The translations under genes and the position numbers were made by a program. DNA of 40,421 nt from Clostridia bacterium (lineage in GTDB: Bacteria > Bacillota > Clostridia > UMGS1883): assembly GCA_017466275.1 (NCBI GenBank), contig JAFTUL010000018.1:1-40421 (forward strand), read 5' to 3'. Positions within the stretch are counted from its first letter, which is position 1, and each line of letters begins with the position of its first letter. Below, one piece after another: positions 1 to 9,376 of the stretch. The notes under the pieces are model-generated. The model ran no database searches, was not told where the DNA came from, and saw only the letters and a list, made by a program, of their open reading frames with translations.

Positions 1-36
1 GCAATTTTTCTTAAAAACAATATCAGCATAGCTCAT
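1..36 (-). CDS. N-terminus of a gene running off the left edge (MSYADIVFKKNC...), resembling the start of clostridial thymidylate synthase ThyA
   Basis: ATG at 36 with GAGG RBS (45-48, minus strand) and a minus-strand TTGACT-17-TAAAAT promoter (92-64). Only 12 codons are visible, so the ThyA resemblance is from memory of N-termini. Confidence 0.4.
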   Translation of the reverse strand, partial: MSYADIVFKKNC

Positions 37-63
37 AACTGCTACCTCGCTTTCATACCCTTA

Positions 64-145
64 ATTTTACCATTTTTATAATGATAAGTCAAGCAGATAA
101 AATCACCGAAAACCACTTGAAGAAATGTACTTTATGTGCTATAAT
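64..145. promoter_or_regulatory. Divergent sigmaA-type promoters
   Basis: Minus: TTGACT(92-87)-17-TAAAAT(69-64). Plus: TTGAAG(117-122)-17-TATAAT(140-145) with extended TG at 137-138. Confidence 0.65.
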
Positions 146-177
146 AATTAAAGTTAGCCTTTCTTTGGAGGTTTATT

Positions 178-1896
178 ATGAAAAATACTATAAAAAAATT
201 TATCTGTGCCTCTCTTGCGTTTTCACTTTTTTTGGCTGTGCCGAGTGCTTTTTCCGCAAATGTAGGCGATAAAACAGGCGACGTTTTATCAACGGATATT
301 GTGACATATATCGAGGGGGTAAAGGTTCCCTCTTTCAATATTGCAGGCAGAACAGCAATTGTGGTGGAGAACCTAAATGCAATGGGACTCCCCTTTGAGG
401 TATGGTATGTCGATACTACCCGTACCCTTTCAATTTCCGAGGGGAAGGGCGGTGTGCGGGATTACTTCCATTTTGCTGACAATGAATCCACCGCACCTAT
501 CGGAACACCTATCATGGACGTTCTTTACACCGATATTGAGACGTTCTATCAGGGAAAGAAATTGGAAAGCTTTAATATAGGCGGATTCACCTGCGTTTAT
601 GTAACTGACCTTGCATCACTTTACGGACGCTACACCTTTAATGAGGATACCCGTGCAGTTGATATTTTCAGGCAGAAAGATGAGGCTATGGGCGAGGCAT
701 TCAGCAAGGAAACCTCTGTAAAGCTTCCTGCAAATGAAAGTATCATTTCAAGAGGGGACACAATGGTCCGCTGGGGTAGCCCTCAAAAAAGCTATCTTCT
801 GAAAAATGATGACGGAACATACAGCACAATTGAATTTTCAGGCGGACTGAATATTGAGCAGTATGACAGCGATTTCAGGCACATTTCTTCCAAGAAAATC
901 AAGCTTGATTACCCCATTTTCGGTGGTTTTCTGGCAGGGCTTGAATACAACTATGTAGTGTGCGGTCAGGAAAACCAAAAGGACAGCGATACTCTGACAG
1001 TTATAAACATTTCTGTCTTTGATAAAAGTTTCAAAAAGGTTAAGGACATTCCTATAAAGAATTGCAGGGCCTCGGTCCCCTTTGATGCATCCAATGTTTC
1101 ATTGGCAGAAAACAGCAATCTCCTTGTTCTCCACACAGCAAGAAGCCAGTACAAGGAACAAAACGGCACAAATCCGCAAACGCAGTTGACGGTAATTGTA
1201 GATAAGAGCAGTTGGACTGTCGTAAACACTCTTGACAAGTTCCAGCCCAACCATACAAGCCACGCACTTAAAGGGTATGCAGATTTTGACAAAAATAAAA
1301 TCGTAACTCTGAACTACTCCGACGCAAATCCCGTGAGAGGTGCGTTTATTCACGAAATGGCTCTTGACGGAAAGCTTCTTTCAACAACAAGTATATTCAA
1401 AGTACCCGGTCCTGCATCCGCAAACTGTACAGGTGCTATGATAGGCGGTTTCGGGGTTTCGGGCAGGTCCTATATTACGGCACTCAGCACTATCGACCAT
1501 TCTCTTGCTACGGATTATTCCGACACGGCAATTGAGGGTATAAGCTCCGAGGAAAGAGATATTGTCATACTGACTACCGACAAGGACAGCAAGGAAACAA
1601 AAAACACCCCTCTCACCTACTACTCAGGTGAGGGAAAGACCGCATCAGTACCTTATCTTGTAAATCTTGAAAGCGGCAGGTTTATGGTGTTGTGGCAAAG
1701 ATTTGATGAAAAGGCAAATACAAGCAAAATCTTCTGCTATGCATTATTAGACAAGAACGGAAAGCTTCTGGGCGAGGCAATGGCGGCAGAGGGGTATCTT
1801 TCAGCCCATTGTCAGCCTGTAGAAATTGACGGTAAGGTTATGTGGTACACGAACACTGCCTCGGGCAGAATTTTCTATGAAATTGATTTAAAATAA
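178..1896 (+). CDS. Secreted/surface protein with two N-terminal ~58-aa repeats (stalk / copper-amine-oxidase-N-like) and a beta-rich C-terminal region
   Basis: GGAGG RBS and signal peptide (AFSA). aa29-87 and aa108-164 align (DVLxTDIxTxxxGxKxxSFNIxG). 572 aa. Confidence 0.75.
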   Translation: MKNTIKKFICASLAFSLFLAVPSAFSANVGDKTGDVLSTDIVTYIEGVKVPSFNIAGRTAIVVENLNAMGLPFEVWYVDTTRTLSISEGKGGVRDYFHFADNESTAPIGTPIMDVLYTDIETFYQGKKLESFNIGGFTCVYVTDLASLYGRYTFNEDTRAVDIFRQKDEAMGEAFSKETSVKLPANESIISRGDTMVRWGSPQKSYLLKNDDGTYSTIEFSGGLNIEQYDSDFRHISSKKIKLDYPIFGGFLAGLEYNYVVCGQENQKDSDTLTVINISVFDKSFKKVKDIPIKNCRASVPFDASNVSLAENSNLLVLHTARSQYKEQNGTNPQTQLTVIVDKSSWTVVNTLDKFQPNHTSHALKGYADFDKNKIVTLNYSDANPVRGAFIHEMALDGKLLSTTSIFKVPGPASANCTGAMIGGFGVSGRSYITALSTIDHSLATDYSDTAIEGISSEERDIVILTTDKDSKETKNTPLTYYSGEGKTASVPYLVNLESGRFMVLWQRFDEKANTSKIFCYALLDKNGKLLGEAMAAEGYLSAHCQPVEIDGKVMWYTNTASGRIFYEIDLK

Positions 1897-1926
1897 TTAA
1901 ATATATAAAACAAAAGGAGAGATTTT

Positions 1927-2337
1927 ATGAAAAAGATTTTGGCAGTACTTGTGGCACTTATTACAGTATTCGGTGCTACCGCAGCGTTTGCCGCAGACAT
2001 TACGGTAAAGGTAAATGATGAGGTTGTTACATTCGACCGCGAGCCTTATATGGAGGGCGGAAATGTTATGATTCCTTACCGTTTTGTTGCAGAAAAGCTT
2101 GGTGCAACAGTTGCATGGGACGGCGATACAAAGACTGTATTTACAGCTCTTGGTGACATTGTGACAACCCTGCAGATAGGAAATGCAAACATTTTTACTG
2201 CTGACGGTGTTACTAATGCACAGGTTGCTCCCGCTTTGGTAATTGACAGAACTTTCGTAACAGGTGACGTTATTGCAAAGGCATTCGGCGTAGACGTAAG
2301 CTTCGACGAAGCTACCTCCACAGTTACAGTAAAATAA
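1927..2337 (+). CDS. Copper amine oxidase N-terminal (stalk) domain secreted protein
   Basis: AGGAG RBS, signal peptide (AFA), typical motifs PYRFVAEKLGATVAWD and AFGVDVSFD. Confidence 0.85.
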   Translation: MKKILAVLVALITVFGATAAFAADITVKVNDEVVTFDREPYMEGGNVMIPYRFVAEKLGATVAWDGDTKTVFTALGDIVTTLQIGNANIFTADGVTNAQVAPALVIDRTFVTGDVIAKAFGVDVSFDEATSTVTVK

Positions 2338-2396
2338 AATAACACACATAATTCATTCTTTCTGCATATAATAAAAGCGATAGGGAGGATGATATT

Positions 2397-3440
2397 ATGG
2401 ATTCAAAAATCAGATTTTTCCTCGGTGCTAATTCGGGGAGTGATTTTGTTACTTATTTTAAGCAGCTGCAAAGACAGAATTGTTCTATGCAGCTGCTTAT
2501 TTTCAAGGGAGGACCTGGGAGCGGAAAGTCATCCCTTATGAAAAGGGTTATGAAATTCGCGGAAGCTAAGGGACACACGATTGAGGCTATTGCGTGTGCA
2601 TCAGACCCGCACTCATTGGATGCCGTAATCGACCACTCAGCCTCTTTTGCAATGATGGACGGCACTGCACCGCATACCGAGGACCCATCTCTGCCAGGGG
2701 CAAGGCACCACATTGTATATACGGGAGATTTGTGGGATACGGCAAAGCTTTCCGCCAACAACCGTGAGATAGAGAAGCTTTCAATAGAGGTTTCTGACTG
2801 TCACAAAGGAGCAGGAGCATATATCAAAGGTGCCGCGGCACTACTTTCAGAAAATATGAGATATGCGGAAAGCTATCTCCAAAAGAAAAAAGCTCTTGCC
2901 TTTGCAAACAGTATTATAGGAAAGCTTAAAGGCTCGGAAGAATCAAAAACTGAAAAAAGGCTGTTAAGTGCCGTCAGCGTAGGAGAAATAAAGCTGTTTC
3001 CCGAAACTCCGTATATTCTTGCCGACAAGGTGTTTATAATCGACGACGATATGGGAGCGGCTTCCGATTTTATTCTGAAAGCAATTTCCTGCGGGGCAAA
3101 GCTCAAGGGTGAAAGTTTTATTTACTGCCCCTGCTCCGTAATGCCGAAAAAATGCGACCACCTGATTTTCCCAGACAGTCGTATTGCGGTAGTAACTCAG
3201 AACAGGTTTCTCCATTTTAACGGCATAGCAGAGGAAGAAAAATTTTACAATCCTCTTCCCCTTGCGAAAGAATGTGTAACACGGCAAAAACACGCAAAGG
3301 AGCTTTTAGACAAGGCTTGCTCACTTGTAAAAAAAGCAAAGGATATACACGACGATCTGGAAGCTTTTTACATTGATGCAATGGATTTTAGCGGGACAGA
3401 CAAGGTTTTTGAGGACATAATAACAAGATTTTACTCATAA
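2397..3440 (+). CDS. P-loop ATPase, PRK06851-like family
   Basis: FFLGANS start, Walker A GGPGSGKS, CASDPHSLD, DGTAPH and C-terminal HDDLEAFYIDAMDF. Confidence 0.85.
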   Translation: MDSKIRFFLGANSGSDFVTYFKQLQRQNCSMQLLIFKGGPGSGKSSLMKRVMKFAEAKGHTIEAIACASDPHSLDAVIDHSASFAMMDGTAPHTEDPSLPGARHHIVYTGDLWDTAKLSANNREIEKLSIEVSDCHKGAGAYIKGAAALLSENMRYAESYLQKKKALAFANSIIGKLKGSEESKTEKRLLSAVSVGEIKLFPETPYILADKVFIIDDDMGAASDFILKAISCGAKLKGESFIYCPCSVMPKKCDHLIFPDSRIAVVTQNRFLHFNGIAEEEKFYNPLPLAKECVTRQKHAKELLDKACSLVKKAKDIHDDLEAFYIDAMDFSGTDKVFEDIITRFYS

Positions 3441-3489
3441 GAACCTCGACAATTTCCGACCTAAATATATGAAATTTTTAGGAAAAAGA

Positions 3490-3518
3490 TTGACTTTTTA
3501 CACTATACATTGTAAAAT
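3490..3518 (+). promoter_or_regulatory. sigmaA-type promoter
   Basis: TTGACT(3490-3495)-17-TAAAAT(3513-3518), upstream of ORF 3552. Confidence 0.65.
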
Positions 3519-3551
3519 AAAAGGGTAGATAAAATCTCTCGGAGGGATAAA

Positions 3552-4046
3552 ATGAAAAACGGTCTTACAAAACAGGATAAGGAAAAGCTCAGCAACAGAA
3601 TTGTCCTGCTTTCTTCATTTATAATTTTATACGCTTTGCTTCTTATGTTTTTCAGAAGAATGTGTTCATTCTCCTCAACAGTTCTGGGAGCAATAACTTT
3701 TATGGATTTTCTCAAGTGGATTTCTCTTGTAGGTGCAATGATTTGTGCCGCATGGAGTGCATATAAGGACAGAAAGGGCTACTATCTTTACAGTGGTATG
3801 TTCCTGTTTGTTTTCCTCAGTATGCAGATTATCCGTTCACCGCTTCAGGATAACAGAGCGTATGCAATTGCTTATCTGGGTCTTTTGGTTGCGTTTGTGC
3901 TTACTCAGGTTTATTACGCACTTAAAATCCGCAGAAAATATGACGGCGGTTGGAAGATTGCATTTTTATCTGTTACATTTGCAAGCATTGCAATCCTCGC
4001 TGTTGCGGCAATGGAGCCTCGCTTCTGGGAAATTCTTCCCTTTTAA
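3552..4046 (+). CDS. Hypothetical integral membrane protein (~5 TM)
   Basis: GGAGG RBS, several hydrophobic segments, own promoter and terminator. Confidence 0.75.
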   Translation: MKNGLTKQDKEKLSNRIVLLSSFIILYALLLMFFRRMCSFSSTVLGAITFMDFLKWISLVGAMICAAWSAYKDRKGYYLYSGMFLFVFLSMQIIRSPLQDNRAYAIAYLGLLVAFVLTQVYYALKIRRKYDGGWKIAFLSVTFASIAILAVAAMEPRFWEILPF

Positions 4047-4063
4047 ATCTATTGAATTACAGT

Positions 4064-4093
4064 AAAGCCGTTCTCGTTTGAGAACGGCTTTTT
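4064..4093 (+). terminator. Intrinsic terminator of the membrane protein gene
   Basis: AAAGCCGTTCTC-gttt-GAGAACGGCTTT followed by a T run. Confidence 0.85.
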
Positions 4094-4104
4094 CACAGTC
4101 TGTT

Positions 4105-4145
4105 ATAGAAAAAAAGCAGTACGCAATGCGTACTGCTTTTTCTAT
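4105..4145 (-). terminator. Intrinsic terminator of hup (probably bidirectional)
   Basis: AAAAAGCAGTACGC-aat-GCGTACTGCTTTTT inverted repeat with A/T tracts on both sides. Confidence 0.85.
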
Positions 4146-4157
4146 GTTATCGTCAAA

Positions 4158-4430
4158 TTATTTAACGATGTTCTTAAGAGCCTGACCAGCCTTGAAAGCG
4201 GGAACCTTAGAAGCAGGAACCTTAACCTTAGCCTTAGTCTGGGGATTGATGCATTCACGAGCAGCTCTTTCTCTTACTTCGAAAGTACCGAAGCCAACGA
4301 GCTGAATCTTGTCACCCTTCTTAAGAGCATCTTCAACAGCACCAACAAAAGCGTTAAGAGCCTTTTCAGCGTCCTTCTTGGAAAGTTCAGCGTTTGCTGC
4401 AATTGCTGCTACGAGTTCTGTCTTATTCAT
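4158..4430 (-). CDS. hup: DNA-binding protein HU
   Basis: MNKTELVAAIA...GDKIQLVGFGTFEVRERAAR...NPQT...VPAFKAG. AAGGAGG RBS and a TTGAAT-17-TATTAT promoter (4529-4501). Confidence 0.97.
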   Translation of the reverse strand: MNKTELVAAIAANAELSKKDAEKALNAFVGAVEDALKKGDKIQLVGFGTFEVRERAARECINPQTKAKVKVPASKVPAFKAGQALKNIVK

Positions 4431-4525
4431 TATTTTTCCTCCTTTTATTTATTTGTAAAATATAAATCTTGCGATTATATCGCACATTGATGTCTTCCTT
4501 ATAATACCATATTATTTCCCTATAT

Positions 4526-5167
4526 TCAAGTGTTTTCTTCAATATTCTTGAAATTTTTGATAAATTTTTTTGTAAAAAGTGCCAATTCTGCCTCGGGGTC
4601 TACCCCATTTTGATGGGCAATGGCGCAAATTTCAAAAAGTCTGGCACCGATTTCTTCTCCTGAGAGCTTTTCCTCGCTCTCAATAGTGTAAAGATTTGCC
4701 TTGACAGCCTTCCCTATAACCTTGGTTGCTCTTGAGAGTGACGGGAGGGATTTTGTAATGGATTCCATTGCTTCATACGCAGTTTTCTGCCCGCGTTGGC
4801 TCTTTTTGATTTTCTCCCAGTTATCGAGCACTTCCCCACTGTCTTTGACCGATACATCACCAAAAACGTGCGGATGGCGTTCTATCATTTTTTTAGATAC
4901 TGCATCTGTAACATCATCAATGGTGAAAGTGCCCTCTTCCTTGCCTATCTGTGCGTGCATAACCACCTGCAAAAGCACATCTCCAAGCTCGTCCGCAATT
5001 TTCATAGGGTCGCCCTCGTCAATTGCATCATTTGCCTCATATGCCTCTTCAAGAAGGCACGTTGCAAGAGATTTGTGAGTCTGTTCTCTGTCCCACGGAC
5101 ATCCTCCCGGAGCACGGAGTTTTTCAATTATATCGCAAAATTCGTAAAAACCAATTTTCTTTTCCAT
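4526..5167 (-). CDS. mazG: MazG-family nucleoside triphosphate pyrophosphohydrolase (shortened second domain)
   Basis: LRAPGGCPWDREQTH, EEAYE, ELGDVLLQV, RHPHVFG. Start moved to ATG 5167 (GAGGGG RBS). Confidence 0.92.
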   Translation of the reverse strand: MEKKIGFYEFCDIIEKLRAPGGCPWDREQTHKSLATCLLEEAYEANDAIDEGDPMKIADELGDVLLQVVMHAQIGKEEGTFTIDDVTDAVSKKMIERHPHVFGDVSVKDSGEVLDNWEKIKKSQRGQKTAYEAMESITKSLPSLSRATKVIGKAVKANLYTIESEEKLSGEEIGARLFEICAIAHQNGVDPEAELALFTKKFIKNFKNIEENT

Positions 5168-5171
5168 ACTG

Positions 5172-6647
5172 TTATCCCCTCTTGAATTCTTCCTTAACAA
5201 TACACCTTGTTTTAATCACAAGCAATAAATATACTACCGCTGCAAGCCCAATGCTTACAAGCAGCATCAGCGTGCCACCTGTAAAGGTATGCAGGGCTTT
5301 CGCCCCACCGCAGGATACGAGGGCACATAAACCAAGCTTTCCTATAACCTTTCCTCCACCTGAAAGCGGGGTAATTTTAAGGAGAAGCAGGGTGTTTAAA
5401 ACTGCACCCAGCCCGAATGCTAATGCTGTAGAAAGAACAGCACCCTCGATTCCATAGAGCTTTATAAAAAAGATATTAAGAATAAACTTCAGTATAACTG
5501 CACCCGTGGTTATCCATATCGGAAGCCATACCCTGCCGAGAGTCTGAAGCATTGCCGTAACGGTTTGCATATAGGGTATAACAAGCACCGTTACACCCGT
5601 AAGTGCAAGAAGTCCCCAATGGTTTTGCGAAGAGTATATTAAAAGAAGAAGTTCTTTCGGGAAAAGAATCATTCCCAAAGCACAGGGAAGTGCCGCAAGG
5701 AATATGAGCTTTATCACCCTGACGCTGTTTTCACCGAGGGCTTTTTTGTCGCCTTTCGCAAATGCCAGCACAGGCACGGCACTTGCCGTAAAGGCTGAAA
5801 TTACAGTAGCAGGCAGGTTATAGATTGTGTTTGCACGTGTCAGGTAACCGAAAAGCTTGAGCCTTTCTCCCTCCGCAACACCTATATGTGAAAGAATCTG
5901 CGGAACACTCACCGTGTCCAGAAGCATTACTGCCGTAAAGCCGAATGCACCCAAGGTCATGGGAACTGAAATTTTAAAAACTGTCCACGCTTTTTTAAAA
6001 GAAGCTTCTCCCTTTTCGGGCTTTGCACGGCGGAAAGAAATTTCAAGAACGAGTGATGCAAATATTGCACCTGCACTCACGCCTGCGATTGCTCCCGCTG
6101 CACCGTAGGAAATTCCCATTTTATATGTCATTGCACAAATGCCTATTCCCAAGATTACTTTTGCAAGGCTTTCTGCAAGCTGACTTATTCCCGAGGGGGT
6201 CATTATGCTTTTTCCCTGAAAATATCCTCTTCGTGAGCTGATTATACCCATAAATGGAAACGCTACTGAAAGCACTCTTAAAGGTGGTGCCGCAAATGCA
6301 TCTCCGCCGCCTGAAAGCACCCTTGCCAACGGCTCGGCAAATACAAACAGCAATATCCCCGAAAGGGTGGTTATAACCGTAACGAATAAAAGAGTTGATT
6401 TGCAGAGAGAAGATGCCTCTCTTTCATCACTTCCAGCAATAAGGCTTGAAAGTGCAATGGGAATACCCGTCACACAGAAAGCCAGTACCACATTATATAT
6501 AGAGTAGGCACTCTGGTAAACGCCTATTCCCTCCTCGTGAAGAAACAGCCTGTCCAGAGGGATTTTAAGTGCTGCACTCATTATTTTGCACAGTATGGAT
6601 GCCACGGCAAGCACCGTCGCACCGTAAAGAAAGCTTTGCTTTTTCAT
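5172..6647 (-). CDS. Polysaccharide biosynthesis / MOP flippase (SpoVB/YabM-like)
   Basis: MKKQSFLYGA..., RGYFQG, SQLAE, many TM helices; yabM-mazG-hup synteny. Confidence 0.88.
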   Translation of the reverse strand: MKKQSFLYGATVLAVASILCKIMSAALKIPLDRLFLHEEGIGVYQSAYSIYNVVLAFCVTGIPIALSSLIAGSDEREASSLCKSTLLFVTVITTLSGILLFVFAEPLARVLSGGGDAFAAPPLRVLSVAFPFMGIISSRRGYFQGKSIMTPSGISQLAESLAKVILGIGICAMTYKMGISYGAAGAIAGVSAGAIFASLVLEISFRRAKPEKGEASFKKAWTVFKISVPMTLGAFGFTAVMLLDTVSVPQILSHIGVAEGERLKLFGYLTRANTIYNLPATVISAFTASAVPVLAFAKGDKKALGENSVRVIKLIFLAALPCALGMILFPKELLLLIYSSQNHWGLLALTGVTVLVIPYMQTVTAMLQTLGRVWLPIWITTGAVILKFILNIFFIKLYGIEGAVLSTALAFGLGAVLNTLLLLKITPLSGGGKVIGKLGLCALVSCGGAKALHTFTGGTLMLLVSIGLAAVVYLLLVIKTRCIVKEEFKRG

Positions 6648-7276
6648 TAAATCACATTCATTTCTAAATCAAAAATCTGTTTTCTGTGATAACGGCAGTC
6701 ACCGCTGTTATATCCTGCAATGTATTTGTTCATTGCGGCAATTACAACCTCGGGCTTGAGGTTATTTCGGCTTCCTGCTGAAAGAGTCATTTCTATTTTG
6801 CCCAAGGTTACCTTTATACCCTTTATATCGGGGCGGATGTCGGTTTCCTTAATACCGCTTTTCGTTTTCTTTTCAATCAGGATTTTATCCATAGCAAGAA
6901 ACTCAAGAATTCCTGCGGGGGTCTTTTCGGGGAACACCTGATAAAGGGCAATGTCAAGCTTTTTCATATTGCTCTTTCCCTCGTGAACAGAGAGGATTTT
7001 AACACCGTCGGGCAGGACACGGTTAAACCGCTGCATAATCTCTTCAGTAGAAAGCTCCTCTGTAAGGGCTATTTCGAGAATTTCGCACTCGCTAGTGTAC
7101 CCTACCGACAACGGCAGAGCAAAACCCAAAAGCGGATGAGGATTGAAGCCCTCAGAATAAGCAATCGGAAGATGCGCTCGGCGGAGTGCCCTGCCGAACA
7201 TTCTGACAAAATCCAGATGTGATACATACTTTACATTTTCCGTTTTTTCATAGCGGAGATAGTAGTTATTATTCAA
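6647..7276 (-). CDS. TIGR03936-family radical SAM-associated protein
   Basis: KYVSHLDFVRMFGRALRRAHLPIAYSEGFNPHP motif. Probable TTG start at 7276 overlapping the upstream stop. Confidence 0.9.
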   Translation of the reverse strand: MNNNYYLRYEKTENVKYVSHLDFVRMFGRALRRAHLPIAYSEGFNPHPLLGFALPLSVGYTSECEILEIALTEELSTEEIMQRFNRVLPDGVKILSVHEGKSNMKKLDIALYQVFPEKTPAGILEFLAMDKILIEKKTKSGIKETDIRPDIKGIKVTLGKIEMTLSAGSRNNLKPEVVIAAMNKYIAGYNSGDCRYHRKQIFDLEMNVI

Positions 7277-9122
7277 AGCACACACATCCTTTCTTTTCCT
7301 TGCACAGCTTTGCCGCACCGCAGCCTGAGCATTTTTCACGGCAGTTCGGTGTTGTAAGTGCCTGCTTTGCCTTTTCGTTTTCGTTTATCATAAATTCTCT
7401 TGTTACTCCAATGTCAACGAAATCCCATGGGAGAATTTCGTCATAATCACGCGCACGTGTGTAAAATTCCATATCTATGCCACAGTCATTAAATGCCTGC
7501 TCCCACTTTTCAAGGCTGAAGCATTCGTTCCAGCCGTCAAGCTTACATCCAAGCTCATGCGCACGGAGAAGCACCTTGCCGAGTTTTCTGTCACCGCGGG
7601 CAAACACACCCTCAAGCACGCTGACATCACTCTGGTGGTAATTATAGCGGATTTTACGGTTTCTGATTTCGTTTTTAAGGAAAAGCTGTTTTTCCGAAAG
7701 TGTTTCTATGCTGTCCTGAGCCGCCCATTGGAAAGGAGTAAATGGCTTTGGCACAAAGCTTGCCACACTAAGTGTCACAGACGGAGGACGGCGTTTGTTG
7801 GTTTTGTCACTTTTGTAGAAGCATTCCACAACCTTTTCAGCAAGCTCGGAAATTCCTTTAATATCGGGATAATCCTCGTAGGGAAGTCCAATCATAAAGT
7901 ATAGTTTCACGCTGTTCCAACCACCCTCAAAGGCAAGGGTCGCCGATTTTATAAGGTCCTCCTCGGAAACATTTTTGTTTATAACATCACGCATACGCTG
8001 ACTTCCTGCCTCGGGGGCGAAAGTAAGTCCGCTTTTTCTGACCTTCTGCACTCTTTCCATAAGGTCAAGGCTGAAATTGTCTACTCGAAGCGACGGAAGT
8101 GAAAGGCTGACTTTCTCCTTTTCTGTAAGTGCTAATAGCTTGTCCGTAAGTTCGGGAAGCTGTGTGTAATCGCTTGTAGAAAGGCTGGAAAGCCCCATTT
8201 CCTCATACCCCGTAGATTCGATAAGTGCGCAGGCATCCTTTACAAGCGTATCTGCACTCTTTTCTCTGACGGGACGATAAATCATACCTGCCTGACAGAA
8301 TCTGCAACCGCGGATACAACCGCGGAAAACCTCAATATTGCTTCTGTCATGCACAATATCGGAGAAAGGAACAATAAATTTGTCGGGGTAAGTAACCTTG
8401 TCCAAATCAGAGATAATTCTTTTCTTGACCTTCACAGGGGCTTCTGGGCAGTTGGGAGCCATACTCTTTATTGTTCCGTCTTCGTTATATGAAACGTCGT
8501 AGAGTGAGGGGACATATATACCCTCAATCTTTGCAATTTTTTTAAGGTAGTCTTTTCTTGTACCGCCCTCTTCTTTCCATTCGTTGAAAGCATCCATCAG
8601 CTCGCCGATTACATCTTCTCCCTCACCCATAGTGAAAAAGTCGAAAATTTCAGCAAGGGGTTCGGGATTATATGCACAAGGGCCACCGCCGTTTACAAAG
8701 GGGTCGTCCTCGCCACGCTCGGAAGAAAGAAGCGGTATCCCCGCAAGAGATAGCATATTAAGGACATTTGAATAGCACATTTCGTACTGGAGTGTTATGC
8801 CGAGGAAATCAAACTCCTTTACGGGGGTATGGGTTTCGTTTGTAAAAAGAGGGACTCCTGCTTCCCTCATTTCCTCCTCCATATCAATCCACGGGGCAAA
8901 GACACGCTCGCAATAAGTGTCCTCCCTTTTATTTAAAATATGGTAGAGGATTTTCATACCAAGATGACTCATTCCCACCTCGTAGGTATCGGGGAATGCA
9001 AAGGCATAGCGGATTTTAACATCCTCAGGGTTTTTTATTACGCTGTTAAGCTCCCCGCCACAGTAGTGGGTTGCTTTCTGTACTTTTGAAAAAAGCTTAT
9101 CTAAATTCTGTAAACTGCTCAT
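7269..9122 (-). CDS. TIGR03960-family B12-binding radical SAM protein
   Basis: FPDTYEVGMSHLG, RGCIRGCRFCQAG (CxxxCxxC), GLTFAPEAGSQRMR, C-terminal CxxxCxxCG. Confidence 0.93.
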   Translation of the reverse strand: MSSLQNLDKLFSKVQKATHYCGGELNSVIKNPEDVKIRYAFAFPDTYEVGMSHLGMKILYHILNKREDTYCERVFAPWIDMEEEMREAGVPLFTNETHTPVKEFDFLGITLQYEMCYSNVLNMLSLAGIPLLSSERGEDDPFVNGGGPCAYNPEPLAEIFDFFTMGEGEDVIGELMDAFNEWKEEGGTRKDYLKKIAKIEGIYVPSLYDVSYNEDGTIKSMAPNCPEAPVKVKKRIISDLDKVTYPDKFIVPFSDIVHDRSNIEVFRGCIRGCRFCQAGMIYRPVREKSADTLVKDACALIESTGYEEMGLSSLSTSDYTQLPELTDKLLALTEKEKVSLSLPSLRVDNFSLDLMERVQKVRKSGLTFAPEAGSQRMRDVINKNVSEEDLIKSATLAFEGGWNSVKLYFMIGLPYEDYPDIKGISELAEKVVECFYKSDKTNKRRPPSVTLSVASFVPKPFTPFQWAAQDSIETLSEKQLFLKNEIRNRKIRYNYHQSDVSVLEGVFARGDRKLGKVLLRAHELGCKLDGWNECFSLEKWEQAFNDCGIDMEFYTRARDYDEILPWDFVDIGVTREFMINENEKAKQALTTPNCREKCSGCGAAKLCKEKKGCVCFE

Positions 9123-9139
9123 TTTGTTCTCCTATGTTT

Positions 9140-9343
9140 TCAGAAAGGGAAAATTTCCTTTAAAAAGTTTATAAAGAAACCTCCTGCTTTCCGTATATTT
9201 ATGCTTTTTGTCCAGACGGGACTGAGTTTTTCAATAAATCCCGACGCAAAAAGTCCGATTACAAATAAAATTATGAAAATACCTATTGCAAATGCAGTTC
9301 TGTATGCAAGCATTATAAGGTATTTTTTTGTTTTTTCTTTCAT
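9140..9343 (-). CDS. Small hypothetical membrane protein
   Basis: One TM helix. ATG 9343 follows a GAGGTG RBS and the ORF fills the gap between co-oriented genes. Confidence 0.6.
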   Translation of the reverse strand: MKEKTKKYLIMLAYRTAFAIGIFIILFVIGLFASGFIEKLSPVWTKSINIRKAGGFFINFLKEIFPF

Positions 9344-9376
9344 TTCGCTCACCTCTGTACAAGGTATGCGAAAAAA

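Noticed and set aside
4526-4720. Shortened, degenerate second MazG domain as a pseudogene or a defence-type MazG
   Set aside because: The frame is intact, the first catalytic domain is complete, and the gene sits in the usual yabM-mazG-hup housekeeping context.
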